DNA of 32,000 nucleotides, taken from positions 240,001 through 272,000 of the forward strand of contig CP047921.1 of the NCBI GenBank assembly GCA_010202845.1. Direction: 5' to 3'. The notes below the pieces were generated by a model, which was not told the DNA's origin, did not search any database, and saw only the letters and a list, made by a program, of their open reading frames with translations. This DNA is from Candidatus Saccharibacteria bacterium oral taxon 488 (lineage in GTDB: Bacteria; Patescibacteriota; Saccharimonadia; Saccharimonadales; Saccharimonadaceae). Positions 8,756-15,782 of the stretch are shown in pieces; position 1 is the stretch's first letter, and each line of letters opens with the position of its first letter. The translations under genes and the position numbers were made by a program.

Positions 8756-8951
8756 ATGGATATTGGAAAGACAAAATATACTGTAAATCTACATTTCAAA
8801 CAAGGAACAGGCGAAACCTTCCCAAACTGGGATTTGGCGGGCGGTGGTATGGATTTTGGCGAGACAATATGAATCGTTACTGAAACTCGAGCTACCTGAA
8901 GAAGTTGGCTATAAGGGCGATTTGCGTTATCAGCTGTTTGACGCGTCGTAA
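8756..8951 (+). pseudogene. Decayed NUDIX hydrolase gene remnant (frameshifted, internally deleted)
   Basis: Reading from ATG 8756 gives ...FPNWDLAGGGMDFGETI* (stop 8870-8872). The +1 frame continues YESLLKLELPEEVGYKGDLRYQLFDAS* (stop 8949-8951). 8828-8948 aligns by hand to 10555-10674 of the intact NUDIX gene (98 of 121 columns, one indel), then jumps directly to the equivalent of its stop codon. Confidence 0.75.
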
Positions 8952-8996
8952 ATATTGATTTATACGCACATCTCTGCTAATATAATACGTACAGCA

Positions 8997-9029
8997 CCTC
9001 GACTTGGGTTCGTCCCCGTCGAGGTTTTT
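8997..9029 (+). terminator. Rho-independent terminator-like hairpin
   Basis: CCTCGAC (8997-9003) pairs with GTCGAGG (9018-9024). An inner GGG/CCC pairing lies in the loop, followed by TTTTT at 9025-9029. Confidence 0.5.
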
Positions 9030-9037
9030 GGTATAAT
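9029..9037 (+). promoter_or_regulatory. Extended -10 promoter TGgTATAAT, 7 nt upstream of ATG 9045
   Basis: tggtataat read at 9029-9037, directly after the terminator T-run. Confidence 0.5.
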
Positions 9038-9044
9038 AAGGTGT

Positions 9045-9656
9045 ATGAAGAGGGTATATGTCGATGGTCAAAATTTTTTGTATAAAGCTGCCGAGGTTTT
9101 GATTGAGCATGGCAAAATATCTTCAAAGGACGAACTAACTAAGATTGATATTAGGTCGCTTGTCGAAAATATCGTTGGCGTCGGTGTGGGAATTGTGTTT
9201 TATGGCGCTAAAGTACAGGTTCGCAGAGATCTTGACGATTCAATTCTAGAGAAAACAACGCGTTTTTCGGATGTGGCGCGACGGTTAAGAAATACTTTGA
9301 AAAATCAAAACATTACTTTCAACGAAGTCGGTAAATTAAAAGTGCGTGATAGCGATGTGTGTCATAACTGTCAACACAGAGATCTGCGTATGCAAGAAAA
9401 GGGTGTTGATGTTGGTATTGCGGTGGATATTGTCGTTGATTCATTAAGCGGACTGGTTGATGAGGTTATACTGGTAAGCTCAGATACTGATTTGCTGCCA
9501 GCTATTCGGGTTGCGAAAGCTCGGGGTATAAAAGTTACGTATATTGGCTTTAGTGATAAAATGACAAGAGCTATTATAGCAAGAGCTGATGCTAGCGAAG
9601 TAATTCGCAACCAAGAAATTATTAATGCGTTTGATGTATATAATAATATGCAATAA
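9045..9656 (+). CDS. NYN (LabA-like) domain protein, predicted RNase
   Basis: MKRVYVDGQNFLY (N-terminal Asp), EKGVDVGIAVDIVVD, and LVSSDTDLLPAIRVAKARGIKV match the LabA/NYN pattern. The six-frame ORF start at 8955 is an upstream over-extension. Confidence 0.75.
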   Translation: MKRVYVDGQNFLYKAAEVLIEHGKISSKDELTKIDIRSLVENIVGVGVGIVFYGAKVQVRRDLDDSILEKTTRFSDVARRLRNTLKNQNITFNEVGKLKVRDSDVCHNCQHRDLRMQEKGVDVGIAVDIVVDSLSGLVDEVILVSSDTDLLPAIRVAKARGIKVTYIGFSDKMTRAIIARADASEVIRNQEIINAFDVYNNMQ

Positions 9657-9709
9657 ATAGCGCGTATATCGTTGGCAGATTTGTTTTTACAGCGTAGAAT
9701 AATAGCTAT

Positions 9710-10399
9710 ATGACAAAAATACTCGCAATAATCTCCACCCACGGCAACGAATTATTAGGTCCAAATCTGCTGGCGTATATGCTCGCCAAACGGTCTAAAC
9801 TGTTGGAAAATATGGAGTTCATCATGGCTAATCCGCGCGCTTACGCAAAGAATGTGCGCTATACTGAATCGGATCTAAATAGGAGCTACGGACTTGGTCT
9901 GGACACTTATGAGGGTCGGCGTGCGAAGATTATTGAGGAGCGGATTCGGTTACTGAAGCCGGAGTTGGTATTGGATTTTCATACGACCACTGCCGAGCAG
10001 CCAGATATTTTGATAACGGCAGATAAAGATAATGAAATAGTGCAGAGGTTTATCAACTCTAGCGCTGTAAAAAACATTCTGGTGGTTGAGCCGCTTAATG
10101 ACATCACGACGGTGGTGCCGAATTTTGTGGCTTATGAGGTGTCTAATTCACACCTGAATGATGATTTGTACAAGCAGATATGCACTGATATAGAAAGATA
10201 CTTGGATGGGAAGATGATTGACCAGGAGCGAGTCTTTTATAAGATGGTAGGGAAAATTCTGCCGGAGGAAGAAAAGAGCGTAACTAGTCTTGAAAACTTC
10301 GTTTATAACGATGAGCTGCAGGCTATTCCGGCGTTCCTTGGCGAGGAGGCGTATAGACAGGACGGTACTTATGCTGGGTTTAGGCTAAAAGTGTTATAA
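9710..10399 (+). CDS. Succinylglutamate desuccinylase/aspartoacylase (AstE/AspA) family zinc deacylase-like protein
   Basis: N-terminal IISTHGNELLG (His/Glu zinc ligands) and LDFHTTT (second His) fit the AstE_AspA pattern. TAGAAT at 9695-9700 lies 9 nt upstream of the ATG. Confidence 0.6.
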   Translation: MTKILAIISTHGNELLGPNLLAYMLAKRSKLLENMEFIMANPRAYAKNVRYTESDLNRSYGLGLDTYEGRRAKIIEERIRLLKPELVLDFHTTTAEQPDILITADKDNEIVQRFINSSAVKNILVVEPLNDITTVVPNFVAYEVSNSHLNDDLYKQICTDIERYLDGKMIDQERVFYKMVGKILPEEEKSVTSLENFVYNDELQAIPAFLGEEAYRQDGTYAGFRLKVL

Positions 10400-10400
10400 T
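10392..10400 (+). promoter_or_regulatory. Extended -10 promoter TGtTATAAT, 7 nt upstream of ATG 10408; overlaps the upstream stop codon
   Basis: tgttataat at 10392-10400. The TAA stop of the preceding gene (10397-10399) lies inside the hexamer. Confidence 0.5.
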
Positions 10401-10407
10401 TGTCCCT

Positions 10408-10893
10408 ATGACAAAACTTACCAACGGGCATCTCGTTACACAAGATTCAGTCGGAATGACTCGCCACGATTACCTATACCGTATCTCGCTCAAAGCGCTA
10501 ATTTATAACGACGCTGGGCAAATTTTGGTCGTTAAGGAAATCAATCGGACGTATTGGGATTTGCCGGGCGGAGGCATGGATTATGATGAGGATTTTGAAT
10601 CATCGCTGAAACGCGAGTTGTACGAAGAAGTCGGCTATAAGGGCAATTTGCGTTATCAACTCTTTGACGCGTCGGACGAGATGTACATTGAGCGGATTGA
10701 TGCCAATCAAATCTGTTTTTATTGCCGTGTCTGGCCGGAGAATTTTGACTTTGTGCCAGGTGAAGAGGGTGACGAAGTAATGTTTATCGACCCTGAGGAG
10801 TTGTTGCTCCAGGAAAGTGAGGTTGACGCACCAGCTCGAGCGTATGGGGCGCATATGAAATGGCAGGAGCTGCATAGCGAAATCGTGCGGTAA
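10408..10893 (+). CDS. NUDIX hydrolase
   Basis: Complete Nudix box GGGMDYDEDFESSLKRELYEEVGY (G-x5-E-x7-RE-U-x-EE-x-G-U). Confidence 0.85.
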   Translation: MTKLTNGHLVTQDSVGMTRHDYLYRISLKALIYNDAGQILVVKEINRTYWDLPGGGMDYDEDFESSLKRELYEEVGYKGNLRYQLFDASDEMYIERIDANQICFYCRVWPENFDFVPGEEGDEVMFIDPEELLLQESEVDAPARAYGAHMKWQELHSEIVR

Positions 10894-10936
10894 ATATTGA
10901 TTTGGTTTCGCTAATATTGCAATAAAATTATAATTT

Positions 10937-10945
10937 TGTTATAAT
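10937..10945 (+). promoter_or_regulatory. Extended -10 promoter TGtTATAAT, 6 nt upstream of ATG 10952
   Basis: tgttataat at 10937-10945. A second TATAAT lies at 10929-10934. Confidence 0.5.
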
Positions 10946-10951
10946 ATTTGC

Positions 10952-11179
10952 ATGACAATCACTACAATTCAGAAGGTTATCAAGATTGGTTCGAGCCGCG
11001 GCGTGACGTTGCCGGCGCGGGATTTGCGGGCGCTAGGGATTCGCGATGGTGACGAGGTGCGATTAACGGTTGAGCAGGTAAAGTCAATCGAGCAGGCAGA
11101 TAAGCTGCTACTCAGCCAGGAATACGATGATTTCAAAAAGCAGTACGGCGAAACGCTGAAAAACTTGGCAGACCGATGA
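10952..11179 (+). CDS. AbrB/MazE/SpoVT-type antitoxin
   Basis: VIKIGSSRGVTLPARDLRALGIRDGDEVRL is the swapped-hairpin AbrB-like DNA-binding motif. 75 aa, with a 4-nt overlap (ATGA) with the Doc gene. Confidence 0.7.
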   Translation: MTITTIQKVIKIGSSRGVTLPARDLRALGIRDGDEVRLTVEQVKSIEQADKLLLSQEYDDFKKQYGETLKNLADR

Positions 11180-11571
11180 TTCGCTATCTGGAGATTGACG
11201 AAATTCTAGAGCTGCATTTTTGGATAATTGAGGATTTTGGTGGCTCGCATGGCGTACGCGATGAACTGGGGCTAAAGTCGCTGGTGGCTGCGCCGCAAAC
11301 AGTTGTTTTTGGTGAGGAGCAATATGTGTCAGTTCACGAAAGGGCGGCGGTTTATTTGCGTAATTGTATAGCAGACCATATCTTTACCGATGGCAATAAG
11401 CGCACGGCGGTGACGATTGCTGGTATCTTTTTGGCGAGAAATGGCTGGAGAATGACCGCGGCGGCTATTGAACTAGAAAATTTTGCTGTCCGCGTCGCGA
11501 CTGATCATCTCGATATTGATGCGATTGCTGATTGGCTGGAGCGTCATTCGCGGGACGTATCGATGGTTTGA
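11176..11571 (+). CDS. doc: Doc (death-on-curing) family toxin, Fic fold
   Basis: Canonical Doc motif HIFTDGNKRTA (H-x-F-x-D-G-N-K-R). 131 aa. Confidence 0.85.
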   Translation: MIRYLEIDEILELHFWIIEDFGGSHGVRDELGLKSLVAAPQTVVFGEEQYVSVHERAAVYLRNCIADHIFTDGNKRTAVTIAGIFLARNGWRMTAAAIELENFAVRVATDHLDIDAIADWLERHSRDVSMV

Positions 11572-11635
11572 TAACAAGGAATTTTAGTGGTTGGTAAGTA
11601 GGGTTTCTATGAGGTTTCTTGCCGCCCGATAGAGA

Positions 11636-11644
11636 TGATATACT
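11636..11644 (+). promoter_or_regulatory. Extended -10 promoter TGaTATACT, 7 nt upstream of ATG 11652
   Basis: tgatatact at 11636-11644. Confidence 0.45.
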
Positions 11645-11651
11645 AAGGTTC

Positions 11652-12236
11652 ATGACTACTATCTATATCGCTCGCCACGGCCAGAATGAAGACAATGTGC
11701 GCGGAATTTTGAACGGCCATCGCGACCTGCCGCTGACTGATTTGGGACGCCAGCAAGCGTGGCAATTGGCGCGGCACATTAAGGATAGGGAACTAATTTT
11801 TGACGCGGTGTATGCATCGCCGCTTGGTCGAGCTTTCGAGACGGCAGCGATTGTAGCGGCGGCGCTGGGTCTTGCCGAGCCGATAGTTCACAACGATTTA
11901 ATCGAGCGTGATTTTGGCGTTATGACTGGTAAGCCGGTCGCTGATATTGAGGAAATTTGTGCGCCGGACATCATCAAAGCAGAAAACGTGACCTATTTTT
12001 TACATCCTGACGGCGCTGAGACTTTTCCTGAGTTATTGGCTCGCGGCCAGCGGATGCTTGATTTAGTGGCGCGTCAACACCCAGATCAAACGGTGTTGTT
12101 GGCTTGTCATGGCGATATTGGCAAAATGATATATGCTGCGGCAACCAGCACGCCATGGCGGCAGGTCTTAACCGATTTTTACTTTGGCAATACGGATATT
12201 ATCGGTCCAGTCGAAATAAATGTGCCATTATCTTGA
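11652..12236 (+). CDS. Histidine phosphatase (phosphoglycerate mutase-like) family protein
   Basis: N-terminal IYIARHGQNEDN (catalytic RHG), later LLACHGD. The six-frame ORF start at TTG 11619 is an over-extension. Confidence 0.8.
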   Translation: MTTIYIARHGQNEDNVRGILNGHRDLPLTDLGRQQAWQLARHIKDRELIFDAVYASPLGRAFETAAIVAAALGLAEPIVHNDLIERDFGVMTGKPVADIEEICAPDIIKAENVTYFLHPDGAETFPELLARGQRMLDLVARQHPDQTVLLACHGDIGKMIYAAATSTPWRQVLTDFYFGNTDIIGPVEINVPLS

Positions 12237-12262
12237 AGATATTTTACACGTGTCAACTATAT

Positions 12263-12271
12263 TGCTATAAT
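12263..12271 (+). promoter_or_regulatory. Extended -10 promoter TGcTATAAT, 6 nt upstream of ATG 12278
   Basis: tgctataat at 12263-12271. Confidence 0.5.
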
Positions 12272-12277
12272 AACCAC

Positions 12278-12943
12278 ATGCATATTATTCTTGGTGGGAC
12301 GAGTGGGCTTGGACTGGAGATGGCGCGGCAGCTCAGAGAAAGCGGTAAGCGCGTGCTGGTGCTGGGGAAGACGCATAACGCCCAGGAACACGGCGAGGGT
12401 TCCCAATTGGATGTGTATTATCCCGAGCAAGTGGAGGCAGCGCCGGCGCGGATTGAGCAGATGCTGGGTGGCGATGATATTGAACAATTTGTGTGGGCAG
12501 CGGGTTATGGCTGGCGTGGTGATTTCGAGGATCAGCCTGATGCGCGCCCCATGGCGGAAGTGAATTTTGCTGGTCCATTGCCACTGGTGCAGTGGGCGTG
12601 GCATAGGATGGCGCAGCAGCAGATACGCTCTACGCTGACGGTGATTGGCTCAACCAGCAGCATCAAAGCTCGCGGGGATGAAGCCGTGTATGTAGCGACC
12701 AAGCACGCCCAGGCGGGGCTGGCCCGTAGCTTGGCCCTGCAGGCGGACGAGCAGCATTTACCGATTCGTGTAGCGCTGTTCTTGCCCGGGGCGATGAAAA
12801 CACCGTTTTGGCGGGGACATCAGCCGGATGATTATGCTTTCTTCAATGACCCAGCCAAGGTGGCTGAGCATATATTGACCGCCGTTAACACGCAGTACCA
12901 GACATTCCTCGAATGGCCACTACCAAAGGGCACGTTGGTCTAG
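12278..12943 (+). CDS. Short-chain dehydrogenase/reductase (SDR) family oxidoreductase
   Basis: MHIILGGTSGLGLEMARQL (TGxxxGxG-type cofactor motif) and YVATKHA (YxxxK). The ORF-track start at 12104 overlaps the previous gene and is not credible. Confidence 0.75.
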   Translation: MHIILGGTSGLGLEMARQLRESGKRVLVLGKTHNAQEHGEGSQLDVYYPEQVEAAPARIEQMLGGDDIEQFVWAAGYGWRGDFEDQPDARPMAEVNFAGPLPLVQWAWHRMAQQQIRSTLTVIGSTSSIKARGDEAVYVATKHAQAGLARSLALQADEQHLPIRVALFLPGAMKTPFWRGHQPDDYAFFNDPAKVAEHILTAVNTQYQTFLEWPLPKGTLV

Positions 12944-12954
12944 CCTCGCTGAAG

Positions 12955-12963
12955 TGCTATAAT
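12955..12963 (+). promoter_or_regulatory. Extended -10 promoter TGcTATAAT, 6 nt upstream of ATG 12970
   Basis: tgctataat at 12955-12963. Confidence 0.5.
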
Positions 12964-12969
12964 GCGGGC

Positions 12970-13983
12970 ATGACATACGAATTGAATAGAGAATATTTTG
13001 GAGTAAAAATTGTAGTAATCGGCGGCGGAACTGGTAGTTTCACGCTGCTGTCGGGTTTAAAAAAATATACCCATAGTATCACGGCGCTGGTTAACATGGT
13101 TGACGACGGTGGCTCGACAGGCATGCTGCGCGACGAGCTGGGCGTGTTGCCGGCGGGTGATGTGCGGCAATGCCTGGTGGCGCTGAGCAGTTCGCCAAAG
13201 GTACGCGACCTGTTCAATTACCGGTTCGACGAGGGTAGCATGAAGGGGCATGCATTTGGTAATTTGTTCATGGCAGCGCTGGAAAAGATGACGGGGAGTT
13301 TTTCGCAAGCGGTCGAGACAGCCAGCGAGGTGCTCGGTGTGAACGGACGGGTGTTTCCGATTACACTGGACGACACCAAGTTATCGCTGAGGCTGCGTGA
13401 CGGTACGGTCGTTGAGGGCGAGCATGCTATTGAGGTGACGAATATTCCAGGTGATGAGCGGCCGTGGCTGGAACTCAGCCCACCAGCAACGATTAATCCG
13501 CATGCTCGGCAAGCGATTCTGGATGCTGACCTCGTGGTGGTAGCGCCGGGGTTATTGTACGGTAGTTTGGCGCCAGCGCTACTGGTGCGCGGCGTGACGC
13601 GGGCTTTGGCTGAGACCAAGGCCAAGAAGGTGTACGTCTGTAATCTGGTGACCAAGCCGACGCAGACTGATGGCTTTACAGTGGCGGACTTTGTCGATGA
13701 AATTGAGCGGTTTGCTGGGGTGAGCATGGATTATGTGCTGTATAACAATTATCGTCCGCCACAGGAACTGCTTGATAAATACGCGCACAATGGTGAATAT
13801 TTGGTGGAATGGGACGAGGCGGAACTCAAGAAAAAGCATTACTACGCCTCGGGCAAGCACCTGATCGCTAATGGCATTCGTCAGCATAATAAAAAGGCCG
13901 ATCCGCTGGCGGCGCTGCGTAGTCTGATCCGTCACGACAGCGATAAAATCGCGCGAGAACTAATGAGGATTTACTTTTCATGA
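12970..13983 (+). CDS. YvcK / CofD-like (UPF0052, gluconeogenesis-factor family) protein
   Basis: IVVIGGGTGSFTLLSGLKKY...ALVNMVDDGGSTGMLRDELGVLPAGDVRQCLVAL is the characteristic N-terminal signature of the family. Confidence 0.8.
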   Translation: MTYELNREYFGVKIVVIGGGTGSFTLLSGLKKYTHSITALVNMVDDGGSTGMLRDELGVLPAGDVRQCLVALSSSPKVRDLFNYRFDEGSMKGHAFGNLFMAALEKMTGSFSQAVETASEVLGVNGRVFPITLDDTKLSLRLRDGTVVEGEHAIEVTNIPGDERPWLELSPPATINPHARQAILDADLVVVAPGLLYGSLAPALLVRGVTRALAETKAKKVYVCNLVTKPTQTDGFTVADFVDEIERFAGVSMDYVLYNNYRPPQELLDKYAHNGEYLVEWDEAELKKKHYYASGKHLIANGIRQHNKKADPLAALRSLIRHDSDKIARELMRIYFS

Positions 13984-14594
13984 GTTTGAATCTGTTTCTT
14001 GATCTTGATCGCACCTTGTTTCGGACAAGTGATTTGGACGAGGCAGAGTGGGGGCTGCTTGGGCAGCAATTTGGCATTGACAGTAAGGCAGAGCTGGCTC
14101 GGCGGACGGACTTTTATGTGTGTGACGAGACGGCGTATTATTATGATTTTGCGGCGCACGTACGGGCGGCAGGACTTGGTGAGGAAGCAGTGTTCGCGTT
14201 TCTCCTCCAGTCAGAGCTGGCTGATGGGCGAATGGAGTATGACGGAGTGGCTGAGGTGGTAGCCTGGGCCGGGCAGCGCGGAACGGTACATGTCCTGACG
14301 TATGGGCCAGCGAATTACCAGCAGTTCAAGGCGGCGCTGTGTCCGTCGCTTGAAGGGGCGGAGATCATTACCACACTGCAGTCGAAAGGCGAGTATTTCC
14401 GCGAGCAGTACCTCACTGGTGAGGTATGGATGGTTGATGATAAGCCAATCGGCAGCGATCTGCCTGATGGCGTGCGGTTTATCCAGACAGTTGAGTACAA
14501 TGATATTACGGCGCCAGAGCATCCAGCGTGGCCAGTAGCGACAGCATTGAGCCAGATTCCTGGTATAATTGGCAATGATGAACTTTCCAATTGA
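13980..14594 (+). CDS. HAD-superfamily hydrolase-like protein
   Basis: Motif I FLDLDRTLF (DxDxT) and a late MVDDKP (acidic motif IV). ATGA overlap with the upstream stop. Confidence 0.6.
   Translation: MSLNLFLDLDRTLFRTSDLDEAEWGLLGQQFGIDSKAELARRTDFYVCDETAYYYDFAAHVRAAGLGEEAVFAFLLQSELADGRMEYDGVAEVVAWAGQRGTVHVLTYGPANYQQFKAALCPSLEGAEIITTLQSKGEYFREQYLTGEVWMVDDKPIGSDLPDGVRFIQTVEYNDITAPEHPAWPVATALSQIPGIIGNDELSN
14561..14569 (+). promoter_or_regulatory. Extended -10 promoter TGgTATAAT inside the 3' end of the HAD gene, 5/8 nt upstream of ATG 14575/14578
   Basis: tggtataat at 14561-14569. The HAD stop TGA is at 14592-14594. Confidence 0.45.
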
Positions 14595-15735
14595 TCAACT
14601 GCCTGAGGTGCTTGATACGCCGAGTTTTGTGTACTCGCGGCGGATGCTACGGGAACGGGCTCAGCAGGCGCTGGCGTGCCAGGTGCCGTTCGGCTTGACG
14701 GTGCGTTACGCCACCAAGGCAAATTCGCACCCCGAAATTATACGGCTGTTTGATGAGCTGGGGCTGCAATTTGATGCCAGCTCAAGCTACGAGGTGGCGC
14801 TGCTGCTCGAGCAGGGGGTGAGCGGCCCAACGATCAGCCTCTCCAGCCAGCAGCCGGCGCATAACCTCGATGAGCTGCTCCGGGCTGGCGTGCGCTACGT
14901 GGCGACGTCGCTTCGTCAATTAGAGCTGTTTGCGGCCAGTCCATACTGCCCAAATACGGTGGGCCTGCGGCTCAATCCTGGCATGGGCTCGGGGCATAAT
15001 AATCGGACGATGACCGGTGGGGTTAATTCTAGCTTTGGGCTGTGGCATGCCTATACCGAGCAGGCAGTGGAGCTAGCGAGGCGTCACGACATAACGATTG
15101 ATCGGCTGCATATTCACATTGGCTCGGGTGCTGATCCGCGGTTGTGGGGCGAGGCGATGGACGCAGCGCTGGCGCTGGTTGGGCGACTGCCGGAGGTGAC
15201 TATTCTGGATATTGGCGGTGGCTTTAAGGTGCATCGGTTTGGTGATGAGCAAGAGGCGGATCTGGCGGCAATTTGCGAGGTGTTTTCTCGGAAATTATCT
15301 CAGTTCGCTGAGGAAACCGGGCGGCAATTACACCTAGAAATTGAGCCGGGAACGTGGCTGGTGGCGCATACTGGCGTGCTAGTAGCAGAGGTGGTGGATA
15401 TCGTGGATACTGGTGCGGATGGCCATACGTTTTTGCGCCTCGATACCGGCATGAATGACGTCACCCGGCCGGGGATGTATGGCGCGCAGCACGAGATGAT
15501 GGTACTCGCGGGTCGCGAGGAGCAGCGAGAGTACATCGTGGTGGGGCATTGCTGTGAGACGGGCGATATCCTGACACCAGCGCCCAGCAACCCAGAGAAT
15601 CTCGCATCGCGGCAGCTGGCTCGGGCGGAGATCGGCGATAAGCTAGTGATCTTTGACGCCGGGGCGTATTGCCAGAGTATGTCGCTGAAACAGTATAATG
15701 CGTATCCTGACGCCGGCACGTATTTTATTGACTAA
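14575..15735 (+). CDS. lysA: PLP-dependent decarboxylase, diaminopimelate decarboxylase-like (Orn/DAP/Arg decarboxylase family 2)
   Basis: RYATKANS (PLP Lys), HIHIGSG, DIGGGF, EPGTWLVA, GHCCETGD follow the LysA fold-type III order. Confidence 0.75.
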   Translation: MMNFPIDQLPEVLDTPSFVYSRRMLRERAQQALACQVPFGLTVRYATKANSHPEIIRLFDELGLQFDASSSYEVALLLEQGVSGPTISLSSQQPAHNLDELLRAGVRYVATSLRQLELFAASPYCPNTVGLRLNPGMGSGHNNRTMTGGVNSSFGLWHAYTEQAVELARRHDITIDRLHIHIGSGADPRLWGEAMDAALALVGRLPEVTILDIGGGFKVHRFGDEQEADLAAICEVFSRKLSQFAEETGRQLHLEIEPGTWLVAHTGVLVAEVVDIVDTGADGHTFLRLDTGMNDVTRPGMYGAQHEMMVLAGREEQREYIVVGHCCETGDILTPAPSNPENLASRQLARAEIGDKLVIFDAGAYCQSMSLKQYNAYPDAGTYFID

Positions 15736-15782
15736 ATATACATCATCTGTTATAATAGCCCAGTTTGATAACGAACTGAATT

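Noticed and set aside
9004-9017. T-loop-like GGGTTCGTCCCC that might mark a tRNA fragment or att site
   Set aside because: It forms the inner part of the terminator hairpin at 8997-9029. No further tRNA-like sequence flanks it.
8955-9044. Upstream extensions of six-frame ORFs (8955, 11619, 12104, 12913, 17460, 6360)
   Set aside because: In each case the extension runs across a terminator, the previous gene or the -10 box itself. The recognisable protein family begins at the downstream ATG/GTG.
13218-13727. 169-aa minus-strand ORF, plus 13579-13935 and 14315-14722
   Set aside because: These lie antisense to the YvcK-like, HAD and lysA-like genes. They are Ser/Arg/Pro-rich shadow ORFs without expression signals.
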